From assembly GCF_009834535.1 (NCBI RefSeq), contig NC_045696.1, forward strand, positions 75,642,001 to 75,706,000: 64,000 nt of DNA. Direction: 5' to 3'. Origin of the DNA: Camelus ferus (taxonomy: Eukaryota). Position numbers and translations under genes: made by a program. Shown one piece after another: positions 1 to 12,322 of the stretch; position 1 is the first letter of the stretch; every line of letters begins with the position of its first letter. The notes below the pieces were generated by a model. It did no database searches, had not been told where the DNA came from, and saw only the letters and a program-made list of their open reading frames with translations.

Positions 1-2224
1 TGTAAAGTGTCCAACTCCCATTACGTTATTTCATGATCATTGATATATTAGATATATTTTTCTATCATTTTGTTTTCATTTTTTTCCAGTGAGTGTTTTG
101 TATAGCACAGCTGAGAAGACCGGAGTTGTTGTTTTGTTTTGTTTTGTTTTGTTTTAATAGTCTTTATTAAAAGAGACTAGATGTCTGATGAATGGAGGCA
201 CGAGCTTATTGATAACTTGCAGGTGCTTTCCCTGTGCCACTCCTACTCACTGTCAGAATCGGGTGATTAGTCAGGCCTTCTTGGTGGTTACATAGTCAGC
301 TGACAATGACTTAAAGTGTTGAAATGACCATTGGGAGCCAAACATCTGGGTAGACCACTTTTCATTGCTGAGTTTATAAGCAAGACATTGTTTTTAAAGT
401 TTTGGAAACCCTTACACCTGCTCCTTTTATAGTCACTGGCAGCTGGACTCAGATGTCTAAATGCCCAGATACCTCCCTCATACAACTTCAGATCTTCTCT
501 TTCTTTAAAAAAGACCCGGCTACTATAGGTGAGTTAGAACAAAGTAATTTATGACTTGAATATTAAAGGAAGGATGTCTGTGAAAGTAGAGATTGGGACC
601 TTCAGACTCTATAGCTCCTTGGGATAAACATTTGTATTAAGGTGATATTAAGAGTGTTGCATGGTAGTGATATAGAGTAGTAGAAGGGCGTACTTTAGGA
701 AGGTAACTGAATTCAGGTAAGTAAAACTGAGAGGATGTGATAAGGCAAATTTTCCTGATTGACTCTTCCAGAACAGTAACTACTGAGCATCCAGCAGATA
801 CCCTGATTCTACCCAAAATCTTTGTCCTTTGGGGGAAGGTAGTGCAGCTCAGTGTTCTCTGAGGTCCTACTTAAAAGTTTCTGTCTTCAGCTATGACTGA
901 AAAGTAACTTTCTTCATAATTGCAGTACAAAGAAAAGTAAAATTAGATAACAGATCCTTACCTTTGCAGCACAGATCACAAACAAATCATTTGACCCCAG
1001 TACTTTGGGTAGGTTGTTCCCTGTTAAATTATCAAATTCTGGCCTTATAAAGTTAGAGCAAGGTTTCATTAAGGATTCTCTCCTTCCCAGCTCAACTGGA
1101 CTCTCATAGTCTTAATTGTATCTGCTATTATGCCTTTTTGTACTTAAGTTTCTCTATTTTCTTAAACAAGGCATACCAAAAACAGTGCCTTTCAACATAC
1201 ACCTTTAGGTTCACCAAACTCAGTGAGTTGCAAAGAGAGATGTGTCTGACTGTGATAGTCAGTTTTATAGTTCACGCCCCTTTTTGTCTTGAAATCTTTC
1301 TCAGCTCTTCTATTCCAATTTTCCATGCCCCATCATAGACCTCTTATGGTTGCTTCTGTTTCTTCGTTATCTGTCAGGCTTTCAAAAGTCGTATGAAAAT
1401 AACTGCTCACTTTCAGTCTGGAAGACCAATACATGCTTTTATTACACCCCTGGCACTTTAGCAGTGGAGTTTTCAGAAGCCCCTGGAAAGACTTTTCCCA
1501 TCAAACACCCACTGTTGGGGAGCTGATGTGAATCCCGCACAGCCGAAGCTTCGGGCTAATTGAGTGCTCCAGGACTCGTCATGCTGGCGTCCATCCAGCA
1601 AGATGCTTATGGAGACTAATGATTTATTATTTCACATCCTGTTTCCTTAAATTGAAATTGGAAACAAATGTTGTTCATAGATTCTACCAATTTTTTGGTA
1701 ATTGCACATCGAGCAAGAGTCTTGTGGGAGGTTTCGTTCTTTCTGACAGTGTTTTCTGTTGATACTTCATGGTGAACTGTGTGAGGAAAAAGAAAAAAAT
1801 AATGAGGCTTATATTTTCTAATAGCTAGAACAAAGTCTTCTTGTAGCAACTTTGTAAAGACTTGAAGCACAACAGAATCATGAATGTAAGAGAGATAGTT
1901 GTTATTGGAAATGTTAGTAATGGAACTAGTTTCACACTAAACATTTATTAGTGAATATTAATGCCAGTTTTACATAATTTTTTCTCACATTTTCTTTGAT
2001 TACCATGGCTTTCTCCTTATCATGAGGAATATCTAAATTGAAAAGTAATGCCCTATTATTTCCCCTAATTTTTAGATTTTGACTTCAGTGTATTTATGTT
2101 ATCAAAAAAGTTTCTAAAATTAGTATTTGATATTTCACTTCAGAATGTAAAGTTAAAAAAAAGGCAGATATTATTCATTATATAGTTTCAGCTTTGTTAA
2201 TAATTAGTTTTATACATCTGGAAA

Positions 2225-2300
2225 AATGATTTCAAATCCCTTAAGCTTCAGTTTCCTGATCTGTAAAATAAGAAGTTTATGAGAACTATAAACTTTTTTC
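2225..2300 (+). mobile_element. MIR core fragment
   Basis: CTTCAGTTTCCTGATCTGTAAAATA resembles the MIR core CCTCAGTTTCCTCATCTGTAAAATG. Confidence 0.6.
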
Positions 2301-2809
2301 TAGTGTCTATAATTTATGATTCTGTGTTGAAGAGCTTTGTTTTTACTCGACAGTATTTTATGCATGACATTATGAAAACATAATGGCAAAAAGTAACTGA
2401 TTCAAATGAGCAGAAGATTTGCAAATACACAAAACAGAAGACACAAGATAAACAAGTAGAGAAAGTATAAATACACAGCGCCTCCTGGCCTAAATGAGTA
2501 AACAATGGCAAAGTGTTTGCAATGAAGTAAGGGATAAATTCTAAATACAATGAGGATTGGCTCCTTGCATTCACTGACATATGTTATGAGTTGAGCGTTC
2601 TTTTAATAAATATTGCTCACTTCTATATTATGATACAGCAAAAAGAATATTGGATCTACTTTTCCCAAATTTGTTGCTTTAAAGACCTATGTGACCTTAG
2701 CTAAATTGCTTACCACAATTTTCTTTTATAAAATTAGCCAGTTTGGATTTATTTATCTCTAAAACTCCTTATGCTTGTGAAAAGTTTATGTTACAACTTA
2801 CAAGGATAC

Positions 2810-2915
2810 ATGGGGTGGATTGGTAGAGTCTGGGTTTTGGAGCCAGGCAAATCTGGGACAAAATCCTAGGCGCTGCCCCCTTTTTTCCCTAGCTGTGTGC
2901 ACTTGGTAAAATTAT
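2810..2915 (+). mobile_element. MIR 5' fragment
   Basis: TTTGGAGCCAGGCAAATCTGGG...CTAGCTGTGTGCACTTGGTAAAATTA follows the MIR head and core. Confidence 0.6.
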
Positions 2916-3029
2916 TGGAGACAATGAGGTCACTGGTTTTATAATCAGCAAAGCTTCAGGAGCAGTTTAACTAAATAAAAGTCCTCACTCCTGGAACCGT
3001 CCACTGCAAGTGTTCCTGGTAAGGAGGCT

Positions 3030-3341
3030 GATTTCCTCTCCGTGTGATTTGGGAACTTTGCTTCTTCCACCCTGTAACTATACAATCCTAGGACCTCAGA
3101 ATCCCCTGCACGCAGGTCTATGGAAAAGAAGACAACGGAGAAGCCTTATCTTCTTTTTAAAAGTCTTGGCCTGGAGATAGTGCACATCACTTTTGTTCAC
3201 ATTCCTCTGCTGAGAATCCGTACCTGTTTATTCTTAGATGCAAGGAGAGCTACCAAGTATAGCCTCTGTCTCATCAGCAGTCTCATAGAGACCATTCCAG
3301 AAAGAAAAAAATTTTGTGGACAGCTAACAGACCCTGCCACA
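3030..3341 (-). mobile_element. ERVL-MaLR LTR fragment (MLT1J/K-like)
   Basis: CACATCACTTTTGTTCACATTCCTCTG...ATGCAAGGAGAGCT and terminal CTGCCACA (TGTGGCAG on the minus strand) are typical of old MLT1 LTRs. Confidence 0.7.
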
Positions 3342-4344
3342 GTAGGCATTCAACATTTTTTCATTTCCATCCCCCCTTTCCTGATTTAGAGATACATCTT
3401 TCAGATCTTAGCAGAGGAATGAGAAGAAACATCAAAAACACTCTGATAGGCAAAGTTGCTTCTTTCTTGAACATCATATTCTGAAAGGCATATATAAGAT
3501 ATTGGTACATGGCTATATGTTAATATCTAGGAAATACTTGAAAAGTACTGTTTTAATATAAAGTAAACTAGAAGTGTTTTGGTATGATGCCAATAATATT
3601 TTTCCTTGAAAATGTTTCTGGCATACCATGCATTTCATTATTATAGCAAGGTAATTTCTTGATTTATTATAATTTCACAAATCATTTTGTATTTATCATT
3701 TTATACCTTTATATGAAGTTTGCTATTCATCCAAGTGCTCTTGGAAGTGAACTGACAAAAAATGTTTCAGTCCGATAGGGATGAATTTAGAAGCATGGGA
3801 CATGACTGTCTTAGGATGCTTCTGAGCCAAAGCTGTGTTGTTTTTTTGTGTGTGTGTTTAATATGTCACTAGAGCAATAATATGCTTCAAGAATTTCATT
3901 ACGTTTCTTGGGGATTACGGCATACGAATAAAACAGCCTTTAGCATACAGCTTCATGCTGTTCTTCAGGAAATAAAATACCCTTTGTTATTCCCTGGAAG
4001 TTGTGTTTTACTTTCTGATTATTGTCCACATATAGTTGTCTGTAGTATCTATTAGCAGAAGGCCAGATGGATGAAATAAAATTGATAAGGACAACTTGAA
4101 ACTTTCATCTCATAGGCAAGTTTTCACTCTGTGATATATGTCTAAGTATTAGGCAGAGTAGGCTGCCTGCCTGTGTCTGTCTTCAGTGGGAACAGGCCTG
4201 CTGTTTTTCCCCACTGTGACTGTCATTCTTCTGTGTACTCATACTGCCACTGGCCAACTGAGCCCCTAAAAAACGAAGAGAAGAGGAAAGAGAAGCTTCC
4301 ATGCTGACTTTGCCACTGATAGAATTGCCAGCAGGAAAACGTTT

Positions 4345-4530
4345 GATTCAATTAAATTAAACCAGCATTTATTGAACACAGTCACTGGGCTAAATGCTAG
4401 TGCAAAAATAAAGAATACTGAAACACGGCCCCTGTCTGTAAGGAGTTTATGCTAGGTGAAGAGACAAATTTACAGACTAGCAATTGCAATCTTCTGTTAA
4501 AAGTGCTATAATATTGTTTTAGATGAGTGT
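4345..4530 (-). mobile_element. L2 3' end
   Basis: CAGCATTTATTGAACAC...CGGCCCCTGTCTGTAAGGAGTTTA matches the reverse complement of the L2 3' terminus. Confidence 0.7.
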
Positions 4531-4589
4531 AATGGGTGGTTACCTTCTGATACCTCAAAATAAACACCCCCCCCCAGTTGTTAGCACAG

Positions 4590-5510
4590 TGGGACACTAC
4601 TATACACCCAGCAGAATAGCAAGACCAAAAATGTCCGATAAGAGAGAGGCTCTGGAGAAAGTGGAGCTCTTGAACATTATTGGTGAGAGTGTAAAATGGT
4701 ACAATTACTTTGGGGAAGAGTTTGCCAGTTTCTTTGAACATACCACTACCACAAAACCCAGGAATTCTGCTCTTAAATATTTATCCAAGATACACGAAAA
4801 TGTATGTTTCCAAAAAACAAAAAAAACAAAAACCTTTTACAAAAACATTGACAGCAGCTTTAGTTGTACTAGTTACGGGGTGGATGGCTAAACAATGGAA
4901 TACTACTCAGCAATAAGGAGGAATATTCTACAGATCCATCCAGCAGTGTGCATGACCGTTGAAAACGTTCATCAACGAGGGCCTGGGCAAATCCATCGAT
5001 ACTGTACTATCCCGTTTATATGAAGTTCTAGAATAGGCAGATATAATCTACTTGAAAAAAACATCAGAACATCACAGCAGTGGTTGACTCTGGGAGTGTG
5101 TGGGTGAGGACTGACTGGGAATAGACATGAAGAAACTTCCTGGAGTGATGGGAAGGGTCTGTATCTTGACAGGGTTTGGGTCATACAGACATACACATTT
5201 GTCAAGACTCGGCAAACATACATGTGAGATTTTTCATTTCATGGCATATAAATTTTACCCCAAAGAGAAATGTTGTAAACAAATGACGAACTCTAGTCAG
5301 TTCAAGTCATGATACAGATTTTAGTGGAAAACAATTTACGTTGAAATGCATCAAAAATAAATGAAAGAATTGAGGGGTAGAAAGTTGGGTAGACATGTAA
5401 ATAACAGGGTAAAATGTTCATGGTAGGAATAGTGGTGAGTATATAGATATTCACTGAAAAAATTCTTTCAACTTCACTATACATTAAAGTTTTTTCATAT
5501 AAAATAGTTG
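4590..5510 (+). mobile_element. Old L1 (L1ME-like), end of ORF2 and 3' UTR
   Basis: TGGTGAGAGTGTAAAATGGTACAATTACTTTGG, ATGGAATACTACTCAGCAATAA and TACTGTACTATCCCGTTTATATGAAGTTCTAGAATAGGCA are L1M 3' landmarks. Confidence 0.85.
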
Positions 5511-5529
5511 TCATTCATGGAAAAGAGTA

Positions 5530-6330
5530 GAAATGATCATGTTCTTTCCACCCACCTCCTTGACGTTCCTATAGGAACTAGTTCCATCATAAACTCCCTT
5601 ATTTTTCACCTCTCAATCTTTCTGGTTTTTTTTTTAAATGTTTTTCCTCAAAGTTTTCCTCCATTTAATTTTTTTTTTAATTGAGGGGGAAAATGTCCTC
5701 AGTTTAAAATTGTTTTGTTTTCATCAATTAAAAATTTTGCTTTGTTTTCTACCACCTTAAAAAGAAAAATTCATCCCTAAACCTGGTACCTCTTCAAATT
5801 ACTTCTTTTTCCCTCTCTCTCACAGAAAACTTTTCTTTAGCGTGAAAGAGCATCTAAATTTGCCATCCTGCTCGCTTCCCTTTCGCACCCAGGAGCAGTC
5901 TGGTGTTCAGCCTTAACACTAAATTAAAGCCACTCTCTCCACGGTCACCAATAACGGCCTAATTGCCGAATCCAGTGTTCCTTTCTCAACCCTCATCTGT
6001 TGCATTTGAGGTCACAGCAACAGGCCGAGGCAGCTGGTTTGGCTCAGAACGTTATTATGGCTATGAAATGACATAACCCACCTAACTGCTTCCTGTGACA
6101 GACAAATAACCTGACAGATAAAGAAGTGCCTGGAAGTCACATTGCAACATCTCCTCAAACACATTTTTTCCTGCTCCTCTTCTCCGAATGTTTACTTCCG
6201 CTTACCATCCACAAGTGGGAAAACCTTTCTTCCTCTAGTTTCTACGATTTAGTTTTGGGTTAGTGTTCTTCCTTCTCTGTTCCTCCATTTGCTGACCATT
6301 ATCAAGCTTTTATTAGCCTCCCTTTTTGTC
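5530..6330 (+). mobile_element. Degraded L2 internal fragment
   Basis: CTCTCTCCACGGTCACCAATAACGGCCTAATTGCCGAATCCAGTG resembles L2 ORF2; pyrimidine-rich flanks. Confidence 0.5.
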
Positions 6331-6757
6331 CTTTTTAAATTTCTACTTTTAAATGAATGTGTTTCACTAATTTTAATAGCATTTACATATAATTAGTGTA
6401 AAATATCAAGAATTGCAGCTCCAGACAGAACAGGTGTATGTATCTATATCTATATCTCTATGGATCTACCCACCAAGAGTCCCAGCCTGCAGGATAGAAA
6501 ACACTCTAGGCTACTTTTGAACTTACCATAGTTCTGTTTGCCACACAGCAATGGTTTTCATATTTTCTCTAAGCAAGATACTACATTTTTAATGTTTAAC
6601 ATGGAACATCAACACTTAAAAAAATCAGACCAAAGCTGAACTATTCTCATGTTGAGGAGGTAGGAGAGGGTTAGGTGACCCCCCCTTGCCTTGGGTCTTG
6701 CAGAAGTGCTCATTGTCCCCGAGGCAGGCAATGGGGTTGCTCTTTGCTACTCTGTAA

Positions 6758-6912
6758 TAATGCTTCTGAAAATCTGTGTGCTTACTAATCACCTGGGAAT
6801 TTTATAAAGAGGAGGATCCTGATTCAGTAGGTCTGCAATGGGATCTGGGAGTCAATAGCTCTAACAAGCTCCCAGGTGATACCGGTGCCCACAGACCACA
6901 CTTAGGGAGCAG
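6758..6912. mobile_element. MER5A (hAT-Charlie) DNA transposon fossil
   Basis: AATCACCTGGGAA...TGATTCAGTAGGTCTG...CTAACAAGCTCCCAGGTGAT...GACCACACTT. Confidence 0.85.
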
Positions 6913-8544
6913 GACCAGAGGCGATTTCCTCTGTGCCAAGTCTGGATGCAAGGTTTTAAGCTGATTATATTCTAGAGAACATTCTGATTATTTTGTCCCT
7001 TAGGAGATGAGTATTTGTTTCTTCAGAGAGCAAGAGAGCAGATATTTTATTCTCTGTAACATATAATTATTCCTCTAATATGTCTTCAATTTTGAATATT
7101 CCATTTGGAATTGGACACTGGCCAGGTAGAATAATCACGGAGATTACATCATAAATCCTCTTTCAGGAAGCAAAATAAATAGGAGACCTAGAGACAACAA
7201 AGTTTAAGAACAGATACAAAATCAAAACTCTTCAAAGAAACTCAAACCCTGTTTGGGACTAGTAACCTTCAAGTTCAGTCACAGGACGACACAGTAAAGT
7301 TACCAAAATTATAATGGGTAGTTAGCAGCTCCACTTGGATTCAGATATTTCTTCCCTATCTTACCACGGCAACCAAAAAAATCTGTTCAGTGGAGAATGA
7401 CTCGATGCAAACAGTTTCCATGAGGCAGAGGTTAGGGCAAGCATCAGCCTGACGGTAAAATGAGCAGAACTGATGGATTCTGCATGCAACAGCAGAGAAC
7501 TGAATCTTTCACTCCCTAACATAATAGGGCTATTCCCCAACATGAAGGCCTCCTTCTTCTCTGTATGGCCTTTTCTCTTTTTTCTGCAACTCATTTTAAA
7601 TTCGAAGTAGATGACCTCCATATCTGTATCTTCAGATTTGATCTTTCTGGAGTCTTTACTTCTATTCCAAAGGTTATTTATTATCTCATTCATTCATTCA
7701 TTCATTCATGATATGTCAACACAGAGACAGGAGAGAGAAAGCATAAACCAGTCCTTAGAGGTCCAGTGGGGAAGATAGAAAACCCAGTAATTTCAATTCA
7801 CTGTGGAATTGTCAGTCCCTAATTCCTCCAGCCTTTGGGGTCCCACCCACACTTTCCTTTAATCTCTAGACAATATAGCTGTGGCCCTCATCCCACAGCA
7901 TGTAACCCCCCGCATACCCCAATTTTGAGCAGTCCCAGGGCTCTTTCATATACCAGGTGAGTACTCGCTCCAAATTCCCGCCTAGTGTTGATGACCTCAC
8001 GTTCCTCCTGATGCTGCTGTCCTGTCTCCACACAGCTCCGTCCTAGTGATCATCACTGCCTCACCTCTCCTGTTTCATTCCCCCGAGCCCTACAAACATG
8101 GGCTCTTGCCAGTAGTGGACTTTTATGCAAGTACTAGTACAGCGGGGAGGGGGCTACAGAAACCAGAAGAGGACGCAGTGAGCTACCGGTTGCTCTGTAG
8201 GTGCTTTCCCATTGGTGTCATTCTCCGCAGGGCTCGGCCTGCAGCTTAGTCCTGGGGGCTTCCTCTCCCCCAAGGTGCGGTCCCTCCCCAGCTCTTGGCC
8301 CCCAGCCCCCCCCCCACCCCATCCCAGTACAAGGAAGGCAAAATAGCCCTTTTTTCTCAGTCTCCCCTTTCCTGATCTTGCACAGGGGTTTCTCCTTTTA
8401 TAATCAACAAAGGTCAATCACGGTGTCATTCTGAAGAAAAGTAAGGAGATTTTTTTTTGCCCTCCCTTTGAAGAATTTCTGTCTTTCTAGGGTAATCACC
8501 TCAAACTTAATTAAAATTGTTTTCTCCTCTGTCATATGTGGAAA

Positions 8545-8905
8545 ATACTACGGAAACAATAAACGTGAAAGTACTATAGTTATCAACAACTCAGGTAAAT
8601 ATATTGGCAACATCACAGTCAGTGTAAAAGGGAGGGAAAACGTATAATTCCATTTTCTACAGGCTGAAAGTGAATTTAAAACCATATTATATAGGCAGAC
8701 ATACATATATGTGAAGTATTTTAAATTTTGTGTTAAAAAATAGCTCTTAATCACAAAACAGGACACTGTTATCAGTAGGGGCTGGGAGAAGCAGCAGAAT
8801 GAGACGGGACAGGAGCCTGCCTCAGGTAGCCTCAGTGTTAATGGTGATATTCCAGTTCAGAACTTGGGTAGGAGTAATAAAGTTTTATTTTATTTTTATT
8901 CCTCA
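8545..8905 (+). mobile_element. Old L1 (L1ME-like) 3' UTR fragment
   Basis: TATAATTCCATTTTCTACAGGCTGAAA and a downstream GGGGCTGGGAG...CTTGGGTAGGAG...TTTATTTTATT pattern. Confidence 0.5.
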
Positions 8906-9160
8906 TAAATGATACCAAAACACACAGATTCTTTGTCAAGTGATATGATGGGGTGTGCATAGGGTTCTCTGGTCCCTCAGATACTAACTTCAGATTTGGA
9001 GTAGGGGATTAGAGGAAGCTCTCAGAGAGGGTCATTCTTGAGTTCGTATTGAAAGGCAAATAACCATTTCTGTCTGTAAGTTATACCTGGAACTCAAATT
9101 TAGTTGTCTGAAATAAACCTATGTTTTCTTCTGGTTTAATCTGAGTTAACTTCCCCTATC

Positions 9161-9682
9161 TGTCAAAGCTAGCTTCCCCAAATATCACCAAAATAACCTG
9201 CTGATAAGACGAAGTTGTTTACTGTGTATCACGGTAAGGGCGAACACTACCTTAACAATCTTAGTAGCATCTCATGTTGGAGAAGAACAGCACTGAGCTC
9301 TTTGTTGAGGTTCTGGAGTCTGGTGCATTATTCTGAAATCGTATTGAAAGACTTGTCTTTCAGTGTGGAGTAGGGCTGTGGGGGACGGATGTTTCATTAG
9401 GACTGGGTAAAGATCACGATTAATATTTAGAAATGGTAGATGTAGGAAGAGGAGGGTTTTGATGCTAAGATGCAGTAACTCAGAGCTTTGGAGTGCAAAC
9501 TATTGTTTGAGGCTTTCTACTGAAAACTTGAAGTTCCTGGAATGAGCAATAAAGAAATTTTCCAACTTTTATCTTCGTGAGGAAGAGTCTGCTAGAATAC
9601 GAAAGTTTCGTTGATGAGGGCAGTGAGACAGTAAAGTCATGTTAATGTGGACAGCAGGCTGCATGGATGACTTTGATTCTCA
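9161..9682 (-). mobile_element. Old ERV1 solo LTR (MER110-like)
   Basis: TG...CA termini. The minus strand starts TGAGAATCAAAGTCATCCATGCAGCCTGCTGTCCACATTAACATGACTTTACT, resembling my recall of MER110; the family name is uncertain. Confidence 0.5.
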
Positions 9683-9744
9683 ATCATCCTTTCTATGTTA
9701 CTCAAAGCCAGTATTTGTTGTCCACTGGGAGGGAGACGATTAAA

Positions 9745-9900
9745 TTTAGAATCAGAAATGTCACATCTGCTTCCTGGATTTGCCTTTGGTGACTTGGATG
9801 AGTCATTGCACCCTTTTAAATCTCACTTCTGATGCCTCTGGAAAGGGGGACCATGTTTTCCTTTAAGCATCAGCACTGGAGTTAAATGAGAAGAGGGTAT
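9745..9900 (+). mobile_element. MIR fragment
   Basis: TTTAGAATCAGAA...GTGACTTGGATGAGTCATT...GAGTTAAATGAGA. Confidence 0.55.
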
Positions 9901-9931
9901 TAGTGCTACTATATGAGTTCACTTTAGATCC

Positions 9932-10427
9932 TATAGTGGAGAAAAATATCTGTTTCTTCCACTTTGCTAAGTTCTCAGCTGGAGTCCCTCTAACAAAAGT
10001 CAGTTTAACAAGAGGAAAGAGGACAAATTTATTTAATATAAATTTTATGTGATATGGGAGGCTTCATAAGGAAATGAAGACCAGAAGAATAGGTTAAGCC
10101 TGAATGTTTTTATGTTAGATTTGATGAAGAGTGGAAATTTGTGGGGAAATGTGATAGGACAAATAAAAAAGGGTGTGAGTTAAGTGCAGTAAACCGGGGG
10201 AAACAGCAAGGCCTGTTTGTTCAACTTCCTCTCGGCACCTTGGAGATGAGGATGTGCCCTTTCACCAGAGATAAGAAGGGCACCTCTCACGTGAGGATTT
10301 TATGATCTACTTCAGGGAAAGATCAGAAAGTCTTTCCAGTACACACGATTTCTCAGATTCCTTCAGCTTATAATATTCAATATGCCAAGTTGTCATATTT
10401 TGGGGTGGTGTATCCTGAACCCCATCA
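9932..10427 (-). mobile_element. ERV1 solo LTR (MER34/MER39-like)
   Basis: The minus strand begins TGATGGGGTTCAGGATACACCACCCCAAAATATGACAACTTGGCATATTGAATATTATAAGCTGAAGG. Flanks ATCC and AGCC form a degenerate 4-bp TSD. Confidence 0.8.
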
Positions 10428-10686
10428 AGCCCAGAAATTCAACCCTGAATGCAGACACCTTTCCCAGCATGGTGTAGTATAGACAAGTTTCATGCTACCA
10501 TGTTCAAGACTTTTGCATAATGATGAAAATTGGGGGAAAAAATTAGTCTACTTACAACAGAGTTAAAAGCAAAGGATATTGATCTTAGATTTAAATTCTA
10601 CCTGGAATTTGGCCTTTCTGTCAATGCAGTCAGCTTACTCAGTATTATAATTGACTGAGGTTCTGTGTATCTCTCTTCTTGCTTTT

Positions 10687-10708
10687 GTGTGTGTGTGTGT
10701 GTGTGTGT
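10687..10708. repeat. (TG)n microsatellite
   Basis: About 11 TG units. Confidence 0.95.
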
Positions 10709-11377
10709 AATTTTAGTATTTAGAATGAGCTAATTCTGCTTCAGTCACGCTTGACGGGAACTGGTGATTCAACTGTTGCAAAACTTTGAAAGTGTTCATT
10801 AATTCAGGCTTAATTAATGCAGACTGACAATTAAACTTTTATGGAGTATATGTCATCAACAGGAATACCATGCATTTATTATACTTTTGAATATTGAGAT
10901 GAATACAAATGAATTCTATGGCCAAAAAACTTAAAAAGTTACCCCAATAGGATAGCTGTGGATATATATGCAATGTACCTCATGTTACTGAAAGAGACTT
11001 GAAACATTTTATAATCTATGATGCAAGTGCAGAGAAAGCATTATATTTTTATTAATATGATGATGGCTTTTATAAAATTAGCTTCTAGAAAAGACATAGA
11101 TAATTTCCTTAACTTCTTGCTCAATAATTTATGTGCCCTAAAATATTAGAATTCTAGATTCATGGTATTAAAAATTAAGTCTGTGATTTTAAGAATATTT
11201 AGTTTCTTAAATTCAAATGTCAGTTCTCCTGTGTTAAATGTAACAGCTGTACATTCTAGAATCTAAACCAGCACAAGGTGAATGGCTATGTAAATACGCC
11301 TATTCGTTTCAAAATTACATAGTTTCATCAAATCCTAGGCTTATACACCAGCTTCCCATATTCAGCAGAGCCAGAAG

Positions 11378-11418
11378 TTTGCCATGGCAACTGCTGTATC
11401 CTTTTTTTATATATAAAG
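11378..11418 (+). promoter_or_regulatory. Candidate RFX X-box followed by a TATA box
   Basis: TTTGCCATGGCAAC (13/14 to GTTGCCATGGCAAC) at 11378-11391 and TATATATAAAG at 11408-11418, in sequence I do not recognise as repeat. Confidence 0.4.
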
Positions 11419-11686
11419 CTACAGACTAACAGGAAAGAACCATCATGTCAGGTTGCTTTTTCAATTCATATGTAGCTAGATTTTTGTCTCTGTTTATTTC
11501 TTAAAGACAATTTAGGTCTTTAAGAAAAACAAAAAATCTTTGTTTTTGATTAGAGTTTATAATCAGTGTACTGATACTACCCTAGACTAAACATGCAGTA
11601 CATAACTTTTTAAATGGCTGTGGAATATTGTGTTCTGTATAGGTTAATATTATATTCCATTTAATTGGTGGCCAACCCACTTTTTT

Positions 11687-11847
11687 TAAAAAATTATTTT
11701 TATTTTGTTTATCTTTTTTTTGGAGGAGGTGGAAGTAATTAGGTTGATTGATTGATTGATTGATTTTAGTGGAGGTACTGGGGATTGAACCCAGGACCTC
11801 ATGCATGCTAAGCATGCACTCTACCACTGAGCTATACCCTGCCCCCA
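11687..11847 (-). mobile_element. tRNA-Ala(AGC)-derived camelid SINE (Vic-1-like)
   Basis: Minus strand GGGTATAGCTCAGTGGTAGAGTGCATGCTTAGCATGCATGAGGTCCTGGGTTCAATCCCCAGTACCTCCA plus (AATC)n and an A-rich tail. Perfect 15-bp TSD CCAACCCACTTTTTT at 11672-11686 and 11848-11862. Confidence 0.93.
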
Positions 11848-12322
11848 CCAACCCACTTTTTTATAGGAAAACAAAGACTTGGAATCTGTACCTTAGTTTC
11901 CTCCTAAAACATTTAAATGCCTCCAAATACCTTGATCTCTTCATTACTTTTTTGCACCAATACCAGTCTCACATATACCATCTAGTAACAAGATCATAAA
12001 TCATTTTATCAGCAGACTTTTTAAAAACACTTGGGCATAATTGATAGTTACTACAAAGAAATTCATCAGAGCAGAATAGACTTGCAAGTGAAGCTAAAGC
12101 ATTTTTCTGAAAATTCACATAGGTGGAAAATGTTTCACAAAAGAAAAGAAAAATTATTTCAGAAATAAATTTTTATTAGAAATATAAGAAATAAGATATG
12201 TTGAGTGATTGGCAACAGTAAAGCCCTTATTAAAATAATTGTTTAAAATGACATCTTTCAAAATTTAAATCTGAAATGGATTCTGGCTCTCCAGCTACAA
12301 ATAATAAAAATCACTATTTTGA

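Noticed and set aside
7361..7693. 110-aa minus-strand ORF ending at a GTAAGA donor
   Set aside because: It starts in an (ATTC)n/L2-like tail, part of it resembles L2, and no homology is recognised.
11770..11840. tRNA-Ala(AGC) gene here and at 41064, 54890 and 55818
   Set aside because: Each copy has a shared non-tRNA 3' extension, an A-rich tail, flanking duplications and stem-breaking substitutions, so these are SINEs.
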